From: an uncultured Clostridia bacterium | Lineage (GTDB): Bacteria; Bacillota; Clostridia; Oscillospirales; Ruminococcaceae | Assembly (NCBI GenBank): GCA_947627945.1 | Contig: CANQYC010000001.1 | Span: 1 to 51,555, forward strand | DNA: 51,555 bases | Direction of reading: 5' to 3' | Part shown: positions 9,100 to 17,535 of the stretch, one piece after another | Numbering within the stretch: position 1 is the stretch's first letter | Layout of the letters: every line of letters begins with the position of its first letter | Notes under the pieces: generated by a model | The model's database searches: none | What the model saw: only the letters and a program-made list of their open reading frames with translations | What the model was told of the DNA's origin: nothing | Program-made: the position numbers and the translations under genes

Positions 9100-9771
9100 T
9101 CACTCCACCAGATACCCGACGCCGATCTTTGTCGTAATAAAGTCGTTCAGACCTGCGGCATCCAGCTTTTTCCGCAGGCGGTTTATGTTGACCGTCAGCG
9201 TGTTTTCATCGACAAATTGCTGCGTTTTCCAGATCCTTTCCATGAGTTTCTCCCGGCTCACGATCTTTCCTTTGTTCTCCATCAGGCAGAGGAGGATACG
9301 GTATTCATTTTTGGAAAGCGGGATGCTTTCCCCGTTGTAGGTGAGCGTGTCATCCCCGGTGTTCAGGAATGCGCCTCTGTGCGCCAGCATCGGCACACCG
9401 CCGGCAAAATCATAGACCCGCCGGAGCAGAGCCTGCATTTTGGCGATCAGCACTGTCCCGTCAAAGGGTTTGGCAATAAAATCGTCCGCCCCCATATTCA
9501 TGGTCATGACGATGTTCATGTTGTCAGAGGCAGAGGAAATGAAGATGATCGGCACTTTTGAGACTTTCCGGATCTCATTGCACCAATGGTATCCGCTTCG
9601 CACCGGCAGACCGATGTCGAGCAGAACGAGGTGGGGCTGATATGCCGCAAAGTCCGCCATCACATCCAGGTAATTTTCTGCGATATGGCACTCCATGTCC
9701 CACATCTGCGCCTTTTCTTTGATCAGTTCCGCAATGCTGCGGTCATCTTCCACGATCAGTACACGATACAT
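9100..9771 (-). CDS. OmpR-family response regulator, BceR type
   Basis: MYRVLIVEDD, the phospho-acceptor context LVLLDIGLP, and a C-terminal winged helix (TLTVNINRLRKKL). The ATG at 9771 is preceded by GGAGAAG. Confidence 0.92.
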   Translation of the reverse strand: MYRVLIVEDDRSIAELIKEKAQMWDMECHIAENYLDVMADFAAYQPHLVLLDIGLPVRSGYHWCNEIRKVSKVPIIFISSASDNMNIVMTMNMGADDFIAKPFDGTVLIAKMQALLRRVYDFAGGVPMLAHRGAFLNTGDDTLTYNGESIPLSKNEYRILLCLMENKGKIVSREKLMERIWKTQQFVDENTLTVNINRLRKKLDAAGLNDFITTKIGVGYLVE

Positions 9772-9880
9772 AGCTTCTCCTTGTTTCTCAGATCCCATCC
9801 TGATGTCCTGTCTGCCGGCATCCCCTGCTGCCGGATCATATCTATTATAGCACAGCGGCGTGAAAAATGCAAGATGCATA

Positions 9881-9909
9881 TTGACAATAGATCTGATCTA
9901 TGTTATAAT
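9881..9909 (+). promoter_or_regulatory. sigma-A promoter (TTGACA-17-TGtTATAAT) with a palindrome in its spacer
   Basis: The -35 is at 9881-9886 and the -10 at 9904-9909. The spacer contains the perfect palindrome ATAGATC-T-GATCTAT (9887-9901). Confidence 0.55.
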
Positions 9910-9939
9910 AACATCAGCACATCGCAAGGAGGCAGGAAC

Positions 9940-10377
9940 ATGAGGTTGAAAGGAAAGGTCGCTCCGTGGTTCTACGGGGTCATCGCCCTTGTGGCAGCAG
10001 TCGAGATCCCCATCCTGATCGTAAGCGTGTGGATAGAACCGGATCTGTTTGGGGCAGTGCTATCGCTTCTGGTGCTGATCTGCGTGGAATTTCTGTGCCT
10101 GTCCATTGTTGTCCGGAATTATGTGGCATTTCAGACGGATGCACTGCTTGTCGTCTTCGGATGTATCAAAAAGCGCATCCCCTACGATGAGATCACCAGT
10201 ATTTCTGCCGTCAGAGAGCCTTGGGCTTCCCTTGCTGCCTCCATGGACAGGATCAAGATCATGACAAAAAGCAAAGGGGATATCCTGATATCGGTCGTTG
10301 AGAAAAAACAGTTCTTCAGCGAACTGCAAAGCCGGCGACCCGATGCCGTGAGAGATCTTCCCCGGAATGAGGACTGA
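9940..10377 (+). CDS. membrane protein with bacterial PH domain (YdbS/YdbT-like)
   Basis: The ATG at 9940 follows AAGGAGG. There are two N-terminal TM helices, then a PH-like segment (IPYDEITSISAVREPWASLAASMDRIKI). Confidence 0.7.
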   Translation: MRLKGKVAPWFYGVIALVAAVEIPILIVSVWIEPDLFGAVLSLLVLICVEFLCLSIVVRNYVAFQTDALLVVFGCIKKRIPYDEITSISAVREPWASLAASMDRIKIMTKSKGDILISVVEKKQFFSELQSRRPDAVRDLPRNED

Positions 10378-10378
10378 C

Positions 10379-11365
10379 ATGGGATTTCTTTCATTCAACG
10401 AGAAATATTATACGGACGCACTCAAAAGGCTGGAGGGCAGGAAACTGGATAACAAGGAGCTGTACGAAGCAAAGCAGCTCCTCAAGCTCCTCGATGATCT
10501 GTCCGACGAGGGATATACGCTGCTGAATCACACGCTCGAAGAAAAATATGCCGTTCTTTCGAGGCTCCATGCCATTCTGAAAGCCCACAGCGAGGCACCG
10601 TTCCCGCTCCAAAACGCCGCATTTTCCGATGTGAGATACGGCACTGCCGAAATGGACATTGAGGCGGTCTGCGGGCGGCTGTCAGGGTATCTGCAGCAGT
10701 GCGCCGCCCCCTCGGAGGATCCGTTCCTTGCCGGCTTTCGGGATTACTGCCGGTGGATCTCATGGCAGCCCGGCACGGCATATGTGTTTTTGCTCCGTGA
10801 CACATTTTTGCCATATCTCTATTTCAGAGTAAATGGCAAAAATGCCCTGTATCCGTGGGTGATCAACCGGGACTTCCTGCGGCGGACTGCCGGGGAGAGC
10901 GTGGATGATCTCCTGCGGCTGCCCGTGTATGAGGCACTGGAAAGCGGTGTTCCGGACTATGTGGCATTCTCCGCATACTGCAAACCCCGCATACAGAAGG
11001 TACTGTGCAGGTATCCTGCTTTGGAAAGGATCCTCCGGGAGCTGCTCGGCACGATCCGGGAGAAGAAGATCCTTGTGATCGAGTCCGGCTATTGCGGGAC
11101 GATCCCGCTGACGCTTGCGGCACTGGATGAGCGTGTAGATCTCCGGTTGTATACGACAGCACCCTATCTGTACAAGATCTATCAGGAGAAGATCTTTTGC
11201 AGGCGATATGAACAGATCCGTTTATTCGAGACCTTGTATGCACAGGATGCCCTGATGAAATTTTCCTCCTACCGGAATGGGCATTTTTATGTCAAGACCG
11301 CCGCATACAACGAAATATGGGAGAAAGCCGCCGCAGAAGCCGCCGCCTTGCAGGGCGGGGAATAA
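10379..11365 (+). CDS. hypothetical protein
   Basis: This is the ORF-track ORF 10367..11365. The ATG at 10379 has GAGGA 5 nt upstream and lies just after the preceding stop. I recognise no family. Confidence 0.6.
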   Translation: MGFLSFNEKYYTDALKRLEGRKLDNKELYEAKQLLKLLDDLSDEGYTLLNHTLEEKYAVLSRLHAILKAHSEAPFPLQNAAFSDVRYGTAEMDIEAVCGRLSGYLQQCAAPSEDPFLAGFRDYCRWISWQPGTAYVFLLRDTFLPYLYFRVNGKNALYPWVINRDFLRRTAGESVDDLLRLPVYEALESGVPDYVAFSAYCKPRIQKVLCRYPALERILRELLGTIREKKILVIESGYCGTIPLTLAALDERVDLRLYTTAPYLYKIYQEKIFCRRYEQIRLFETLYAQDALMKFSSYRNGHFYVKTAAYNEIWEKAAAEAAALQGGE

Positions 11366-11378
11366 AAGCTGATACATC

Positions 11379-11415
11379 AAAATGCTCCGCAGCATTTCAG
11401 ACTGCGGAGCATTTT
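11379..11415. terminator. bidirectional intrinsic terminator
   Basis: AAAATGCTCCGCAG-9 nt loop-CTGCGGAGCATTTT, a 14-bp stem. It sits between convergent genes. Confidence 0.8.
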
Positions 11416-11417
11416 CT

Positions 11418-11516
11418 TCAATTCTGCAACAGCGGAAGAATGATAAAACCTGCAAACATCGCCAGAACCATCACAAGCACCAGTATGCGCATCCATGTAC
11501 TCTTTTTCGGCTTCAT
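11418..11516 (-). CDS. 32-aa membrane peptide
   Basis: Hand translation gives MKPKKSTWMRILVLVMVLAMFAGFIILPLLQN. AAGGAGG lies 7 nt upstream of the ATG. It is the last gene before the terminator. Confidence 0.5.
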   Translation of the reverse strand: MKPKKSTWMRILVLVMVLAMFAGFIILPLLQN

Positions 11517-11528
11517 GTCCATCCCTCC

Positions 11529-11936
11529 TTATTGTACCGTCGTCACCGTGGTCGTCTGCTCCTGTGCGGGTGCATCCGGCACCACCGGCAGTTCCCCTGC
11601 GCTGTCGGGAGTTTCCTCCGCAGCAGGTGCTGTCTCATCCGGAGCGAGCGTCTCATCCGGAGCCAGCGTTTCTCCGGGCGGCAGCGTGACCGGATCCCCG
11701 TTTTCATCCGTCTCCGGCGGCACGGTATCCGAGGTGACGGTCGTTGTTTCCCGCAGCTTATCCCAGATGCTGGTATTGGCAGTGGTGACAGCGATCTGCG
11801 AGGCGATGACCTTTCCGGCTTCCTTTTCCCGGCGGCGTTGGTTGACTTCGTCAATATTGTTCAGGGTATGCAGCCCGAATCCCAAAATGCAGATCATGAC
11901 GAGAATGGTGACCGCAAACCAGACAGTTCTTTTCAT
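11529..11936 (-). CDS. N-terminally membrane-anchored acidic Pro/Thr/Glu-rich protein
   Basis: The ATG at 11936 overlaps the upstream stop (ATGA), with GGAGGG upstream. There is a TM (VWFAVTILVMICILGFGL), then repeats (GETLAPDETLAPDETAPAAEETPD). Confidence 0.7.
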   Translation of the reverse strand: MKRTVWFAVTILVMICILGFGLHTLNNIDEVNQRRREKEAGKVIASQIAVTTANTSIWDKLRETTTVTSDTVPPETDENGDPVTLPPGETLAPDETLAPDETAPAAEETPDSAGELPVVPDAPAQEQTTTVTTVQ

Positions 11937-14287
11937 CTTGCATCCCTCCTGAGCATATAGGCAGAAACTTCTGTAAAGAGACTGTCGGCATCTTTCGGCT
12001 CGATGCCCCATGATGCCACACGGTCTGCCTCGATCTCGATCAGATCTCCTTCATGGACATCGGGGAGCGTCTCCGCTTCCTGATCGACACGGACGGTCAC
12101 AACGCCATTTTCCACACGTTCTACGATCGTCCACAGCAGTTCGATGCCATAGTCCACCTTCTCCGCCATTTCCTCACTGATCTCAAATTCCACACGGACG
12201 AATGCCCGGTCATACGGCGCAGCAAGTGCTTCCACAAACCGTGGGAATGTCTGTTTGGCAAGGCGGATCTTACGCAAAAACTCCGTATGCGTCCGGGGAT
12301 AGTCCGTGTGTTCCTCATCGTCGGCAACGCCTGCCTCTGTCGGCAGCACATCTCCGTCATCCGTCTTTATCAGCAGCATGCCGGCGGGTGTTTCCTTGCC
12401 AAGATCTTCCGGCAGCTCCGGACATTGTGCCCGGTACGATCCCAGATCTGCCCAGCAGAATGCATATTCCTGCTCACCGGATCGCATGGAGCCGAATGCT
12501 TCGCCGGCATCCGGCAGCATATTTCTGATCACACACTGTCCCGCTGCCTCGTCAAGCAGATCGACATAATTGGAATACACTTCCTCCGATGCACCGGCGA
12601 CCACCAGCTCACGCATGCCCAGACATACCAGACCGCAGGTCGTCATCCAGATCCTCGTTGTTCCGTCAACTTCTTCCCCGTAAAGCTGGATCCCGAACAG
12701 GTCATCCGGGGAGATGCTGTCTGCATTTTCTGCCGCATACTGTACCCAGAGCGGCGGATAGGCATGCCATGTATGCATATCTATGACACCGAGCATTTCC
12801 GGAAAGAGCTGATACAGCAGCTCCATGACATACTGGTAGTCCTGCTGCGGCTGCCCGCTGTACGTTGTCACCAGCAGATATTTCTGCGGGATGCCGAGCA
12901 TTTCCTCAAACGACTCCCGCTCAAATCCCCCGCATGGACGTGCAGGCAATCCCGGCGGCATCTGCGCCGCACGGAGCCGGTATTCCCGTATCTCTCCGTT
13001 TCTGCGCAGCATGAGATACAGCTCCTCCTCATCCGCATCACAGCTCAGCACTTCAACATCCTCCGGCATATGGAGACGCTCCGCCAGCTCCTGCATGGTG
13101 GGGGATACGCCCTCCGGCATCGTCACCGCCAGCACAGCCGGATCACTTCCGACAAGTCCATGTGACGTTCCTGACGGCTCTTCGAGGCGGAATTTTTCTG
13201 CCGCAGAGGCAAGATCTGCGGACAGCAGATCATTGTAGTAACTCGTGCCGTTCCGGGCATCGAGCTTGTCGGACTGCTCCTTTGCCTGCGCATAGAAATA
13301 GTCCCTTACTGCATCGAGCGAGATCCCCTCTTTTGTGACCGGCAGCGGCAGCACCCGCAGCAGCACATTCTTGGTGTAAGCAGTGTTGGTTTCCGGATCC
13401 CGGTTCGCATCTGCGCCCGTCTTGATCAGGCGGTAGGCACCCTGTGCATAGTTGATCCGGTACTGCGGATTATGGCAGTTGACCCAGTCGTTCACGCTCT
13501 GCTTGAACAGCACCCAGCCACGCTGCGGGTCTGTGGCACTGTAGACCTCAAGGAGCTTGCCTATCATCGACAGAAATGCGGGATCGCATCCGATAAGACG
13601 CTGGCAGCGGATGGCGTAATAGTTCGCCTCGTTCAGATCGCCCTTGTAAAGATAATAGTGCGCCAGCTGACAGTATGTGTCATGCGGGATCTCTGCACAG
13701 TGCTTTTCCCCGTTCAGCAGAGGCTGGGCAATGCGCAGTGCCTCCTCCTCGTCACCGAGCCGCAGTGCGACCTCCATGTCAAAGTTCATCTCACAGGCTT
13801 CGCAGTCGCTGTTCGCCCCCCGGCGATAGCGGTGGAATGCCTCATAGCATGCCGGCACCTTATCGGGATCCGCTTCGAGGTAGAATTTGCACTTTTTCAT
13901 GTACACGACCCGCAGGGAGTGACCGTATTTTTTGCTGCGCCTTTCAAATTCCTCCAAGTACCGTTCGATCTCCTCCCGGCTGATCTGATAGAAATCCTGC
14001 AAGTTTTCCACGACCCACTTGAAGCACTGCATCAGATCCTGACAGTTATCGTCCTCCAGTTCAGGATGTTCATCAAAGATCTGCACCAGCTCCGGAAAGC
14101 TCAGGATCGCCTGATAGCAGTCGCCGTGAAAAATGGACTCTTTGATGTAGTCGAACCGGAACCCCAGCCGCATGTCATGGGCAGACGCCTCGTCCGCCGC
14201 CTGTATCGCATTCTTGATCTCCCGCAGCCGCTCTGCGCCGTGGGGCATGCCGGAAATGCGCTTCATCAATGTATAAGGTTCAAACAC
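11933..14287 (-). CDS. 784-aa protein: N-terminal TPR-like helical domain (paralog of the upstream gene) plus a C-terminal extension of about 400 aa
   Basis: It has a GTG start with AAGGAGG 9 nt upstream. The first ~365 aa align by eye with ORF 14303..15385. The last ~100 aa (ELLWTIVERVENGVVTVRVDQ...GDLIEIEADRVASW) resemble a DUF2314/YegJ-type domain from memory. Confidence 0.8.
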   Translation of the reverse strand: MFEPYTLMKRISGMPHGAERLREIKNAIQAADEASAHDMRLGFRFDYIKESIFHGDCYQAILSFPELVQIFDEHPELEDDNCQDLMQCFKWVVENLQDFYQISREEIERYLEEFERRSKKYGHSLRVVYMKKCKFYLEADPDKVPACYEAFHRYRRGANSDCEACEMNFDMEVALRLGDEEEALRIAQPLLNGEKHCAEIPHDTYCQLAHYYLYKGDLNEANYYAIRCQRLIGCDPAFLSMIGKLLEVYSATDPQRGWVLFKQSVNDWVNCHNPQYRINYAQGAYRLIKTGADANRDPETNTAYTKNVLLRVLPLPVTKEGISLDAVRDYFYAQAKEQSDKLDARNGTSYYNDLLSADLASAAEKFRLEEPSGTSHGLVGSDPAVLAVTMPEGVSPTMQELAERLHMPEDVEVLSCDADEEELYLMLRRNGEIREYRLRAAQMPPGLPARPCGGFERESFEEMLGIPQKYLLVTTYSGQPQQDYQYVMELLYQLFPEMLGVIDMHTWHAYPPLWVQYAAENADSISPDDLFGIQLYGEEVDGTTRIWMTTCGLVCLGMRELVVAGASEEVYSNYVDLLDEAAGQCVIRNMLPDAGEAFGSMRSGEQEYAFCWADLGSYRAQCPELPEDLGKETPAGMLLIKTDDGDVLPTEAGVADDEEHTDYPRTHTEFLRKIRLAKQTFPRFVEALAAPYDRAFVRVEFEISEEMAEKVDYGIELLWTIVERVENGVVTVRVDQEAETLPDVHEGDLIEIEADRVASWGIEPKDADSLFTEVSAYMLRRDAR

Positions 14288-14302
14288 TGTGATATTCCTC
14301 CT

Positions 14303-15385
14303 TTATGTTTCTTGCTGATCACGGAAATGTCTCACCCGCCGCAGATAACAGTCCGTGCCGTTGCGTTTGTCAAACTGATCTGTCAATGCCTTTGCCGTGC
14401 GGTAGAAATGCGCCGACAGCCCTGTCAGGTCGTTCTCACACACTGCCGGATAGGCGGGGCTGTCCTTCGGCACCTGTACCGCCTGTGCCGAAAGTCCCTT
14501 CTTTGCGAGCGCATCAAACAGATGCACTGCACCGATCAGAAAATGCATCTGCATCCATGGGTTTTTGGAATCATTGCAAAGCGGGAAATTCCGGTTGAAG
14601 ATCTGCACCGCATGTTCCGGATCCGTCACACTGTACAGTGACACCAGTGTCCCGATCTGGTGCAGGTCAAAGGGATCACCGTCCACACGGCGTTCAAACT
14701 GCCGGGCATATTCCGCCGCCTTGTCATACTCTCCCCGGTACAGGTAGTAGCGGCAGAATTTATGCTGGGTAGAATGCGGAAGACAGTATGCTTTGAGCCG
14801 TCTTTCAAAAATGGGTCTTGCCGCCTCGATGGCATTTTCCTCCTCCCCGAAGGAGAGGTAGAATTCCACCCGGTAATTATAGCACAATGCCTTGCCGTCC
14901 GACATCCAATCGAGCGGTTCCTCCAGAAACCGGAAAAAATCCCTCGCTGCGATATTCTTGTCGATGTGCAGATAGATCATGCTGCGCTTCATGTAGTAGC
15001 TGCTCAGGGAATAGCCCTGCTCCTGTAACCGCTGACGGTAGAGACGGAAATAGCGGTCGATCTCCTGACGTGAGATCTGCGGGAATTCCTCCGTCGCCTC
15101 CATAATCCATTTGAAAGTGACGAGCATAGACCAGGAGATATTCCGATCTTCCTGCAGCTCCGGATGATCGTCATAGAGCTGGAGCAGCTCCGGGAACATG
15201 ATCAGTGCATAGTACCTGTCCCCGCAGAACACAGATTCCCTGATGTAATCATACCGGAACCAGAACTGCCAGCTCAGCGTACCCTGCCGATCAGCATCGT
15301 GGATGGCATCCCGCATGGCATTGAGGCGTGGCGTGCCACGTTCCAGTGTCTGAAAATCCTGTTCCCTCTGTTCAAAGGTCGGCAT
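14303..15385 (-). CDS. 360-aa TPR-like helical repeat protein
   Basis: The ATG at 15385 follows CAGGAGG and lies 12 nt after the HSP90-family stop. It contains helical-repeat-like segments (YYLYRGEYDKAAEYARQFER). Confidence 0.8.
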   Translation of the reverse strand: MPTFEQREQDFQTLERGTPRLNAMRDAIHDADRQGTLSWQFWFRYDYIRESVFCGDRYYALIMFPELLQLYDDHPELQEDRNISWSMLVTFKWIMEATEEFPQISRQEIDRYFRLYRQRLQEQGYSLSSYYMKRSMIYLHIDKNIAARDFFRFLEEPLDWMSDGKALCYNYRVEFYLSFGEEENAIEAARPIFERRLKAYCLPHSTQHKFCRYYLYRGEYDKAAEYARQFERRVDGDPFDLHQIGTLVSLYSVTDPEHAVQIFNRNFPLCNDSKNPWMQMHFLIGAVHLFDALAKKGLSAQAVQVPKDSPAYPAVCENDLTGLSAHFYRTAKALTDQFDKRNGTDCYLRRVRHFRDQQET

Positions 15386-15399
15386 ATCGTTACCTCCTG

Positions 15400-17175
15400 T
15401 TACATCGTGCCCCATTCGATCAGCTGAATAAGGTTGTCGTTGAGCAGTGCCATTTCACCGCCCTGCATCGGGAACCGTCCGGTCAGCAGTGCCTGCACAT
15501 AGAGGATCTCCAAGCAGACACGCACCTTTTCCGCATCCTCCAGTCCCGAAAGCCGCCTGATGAGCGGATTATTCCAGTTCAGGTAGAGCGTGGCACGGTG
15601 TTCTTCAAGCTCTCTGGCAAAGCTGTCGAGCATATTTCCAAAGAGGGGGCTGGAATGTTCCTTGGAATGCCGGATCTCCCGCAGGGTCTCGGCATTTCCA
15701 TCCATCATGTAAAACACCGGGAGCTGGGAGGGCGAGAATGCCCGCAATGCCGCATCGCAGTCAAAATCCTGTAACAGTGCCTTTGCCGTGCGCACCAGTC
15801 CATCTGCCTGCACCTGTGCGTCGGTGCTTGGTTCTTCCAGAAATTCCTCAAAAGTCGTCAGCTCGAGCGGACAGATGATCAGTTCCGGCTCATACTCCTG
15901 TAACATCCGCAGCAGTGCCACATCATAGACATAGCAGGCATTGAGAAGGAGCTGCCCCTGTGCGAGCATCATGGCGGAGGTGCGGTGGAATTGGTTGATG
16001 TCATTGGAAAAAGTGATCGGCTCACGCCGCTTGAGCAGTTCCTTGCCGGAAAGCTCTCCCATATTCGTCTCAAATTTCAGAAAGGGGATGAACGTCCTGA
16101 AAAACACCTCATCCTCGCAGGCGAGGGACTTGATCGCCATGAAGTGGATGCGGATCATCTCCTCGAGCAGCTCCGTATCGGTGCGGCTGAGCTGGATGAG
16201 ATAGTTCGAGATGCATTCGCTCAGCTCATCTCTTGCTGCGATGAGCAGATCATCCTCATAAAAGCCCTCTCGTGAAGCCGTGGGACGCAGCTTTGAGGTA
16301 TTCAGGAAGCAGCAGAGAAATCCCGACCACTTCGGCAGGATGGCATCGCCGTCCTCCGTCAGGAGCATATTTTTCAGGTAGATGCGGTGTCTGCTCTTGG
16401 CATGGGGCGAGACGGCATGGGGGAGTATGTAGGCAACGCCGCTGAAAAGCCCCTGTTTCGATTCCAGCGGGATGTAGCCTAAAAAATCCATCCCGAAGAT
16501 CTGTTTGCCGAGTGCGAGGACAGAGGCATCTGCCGATCCCCCCGGCTGGCGCATCTCATTGATACGGTACTCGCCGTCCGATGTCTGCATCATGACCGGG
16601 AACGGCAGGGGAAGTCCATAGTACCGCACCAGTTCGCAGATACGTTCCTCCTGAAAATACTGACCGCATCCCTTTTTGGCACGGATATAGATGGCAGTGC
16701 CGACCGCAGCATCCCCCGTAGGTATCTCCGTGATACGGTAGGTGCCGTCCGGTCTGCCGTGAAACTCATAGGCATGTTCCGGTTCCTTAGCGGAACGGGT
16801 GCGCAGCATGATCTCCTCCGTGACCATGAAACAGGAGAGCATCCCGATGCCGAAACGCCCGATATAGTCCTCTAAGATCCGCCCGGTCTGGAGATCCCGC
16901 TTTGAGCTTTGCCCAATAACGGCAAGAAACCGATGGATCTCCGGTTCGGTCAGACCGCTTCCATTATCTGTAAATATCAGACTTTCTCCGGGCACGACAG
17001 AGATCGTGATACGCCCCTCCTGAAAGCCGGGGTCGTCAAGCCGCCGGGCACTGATGGCATCCGTACCGTTCTGGAGCAGCTCCCGGATGAATACATCCGG
17101 GCTGCTGTAGAGGTGATTGGCAAGAATGTCGATCATGCCGCCGAGGTTGACTTTGAATACAAACGGTTCTGCCAT
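15400..17175 (-). CDS. HSP90-family (HtpG-like) GHKL ATPase, short paralog type
   Basis: IRELLQNGTDA (catalytic Glu and Asn), DNGSGL and GRFGIGMLSCF match the HSP90 N-domain. The ATG at 17175 is preceded by GAGGAA. The product is 591 aa. Confidence 0.88.
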   Translation of the reverse strand: MAEPFVFKVNLGGMIDILANHLYSSPDVFIRELLQNGTDAISARRLDDPGFQEGRITISVVPGESLIFTDNGSGLTEPEIHRFLAVIGQSSKRDLQTGRILEDYIGRFGIGMLSCFMVTEEIMLRTRSAKEPEHAYEFHGRPDGTYRITEIPTGDAAVGTAIYIRAKKGCGQYFQEERICELVRYYGLPLPFPVMMQTSDGEYRINEMRQPGGSADASVLALGKQIFGMDFLGYIPLESKQGLFSGVAYILPHAVSPHAKSRHRIYLKNMLLTEDGDAILPKWSGFLCCFLNTSKLRPTASREGFYEDDLLIAARDELSECISNYLIQLSRTDTELLEEMIRIHFMAIKSLACEDEVFFRTFIPFLKFETNMGELSGKELLKRREPITFSNDINQFHRTSAMMLAQGQLLLNACYVYDVALLRMLQEYEPELIICPLELTTFEEFLEEPSTDAQVQADGLVRTAKALLQDFDCDAALRAFSPSQLPVFYMMDGNAETLREIRHSKEHSSPLFGNMLDSFARELEEHRATLYLNWNNPLIRRLSGLEDAEKVRVCLEILYVQALLTGRFPMQGGEMALLNDNLIQLIEWGTM

Positions 17176-17212
17176 GTGACAGTTCCTCACTTTCCATTGT
17201 TTACTTCTTTAT

Positions 17213-17241
17213 ATCATACCATATTTTCAGATAAATTACAA
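17213..17241 (-). promoter_or_regulatory. candidate promoter of the HSP90-family operon
   Basis: On the minus strand it reads TTGTAA-17 nt-TATGAT. It is preceded by the A/T block CTTTTTTTACAAAAACCC (17242-17260). Confidence 0.5.
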
Positions 17242-17277
17242 GGGTTTTTGTAAAAAAAGCTGTGGGTATTGAATAAA

Positions 17278-17397
17278 GGGGGGGTTTGGGTTTGCCCCAC
17301 CCCCCGACCCCCTCCCCTGAAGGGGAGGGGGGCGATAGTGCGGGGGGCTTCGCCCCCCTGCACCCCCGCTTTAATGCGAGGGCTTCGCCCCTGCATC
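17278..17397. repeat. G/C-rich cluster of hairpins (REP-like element)
   Basis: The cluster contains G7 and C-runs. There is a perfect hairpin CCCCCTCCCC-TGAA-GGGGAGGGGG (17308-17331). The unit GnC-TTC-GCn-CTGCA occurs twice (17342-17364 and 17380-17397). Confidence 0.7.
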
Positions 17398-17535
17398 TTT
17401 GTCATATACCAAATATCCCCATTTTCTCCGATAAATGTTTTGTGGAAAATGCATATTTCCCCTTTACTTTTTCCTGAAAATATGGTATACTATATATACA
17501 CAAAACATAGGTGTTTTTTGGAGGGATCCTTTGTT

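Noticed and set aside
11317-11960. Two overlapping plus-strand ORFs of 192-211 aa (Ser/Gly/Val-rich)
   Set aside because: They are antisense to the acidic Pro/Thr-rich minus-strand gene, which has a proper RBS, an ATGA coupling and a TM anchor. The plus-strand ORFs are the low-complexity mirror image of that gene.
17269-17535. N-terminal 89-aa extension of the GGDEF ORF in the ORF track (Pro/Gly/Arg-rich)
   Set aside because: It is encoded by the G/C-rich hairpin element and promoter region. A good RBS and ATG at 17536 begin the conserved LacI-core domain.
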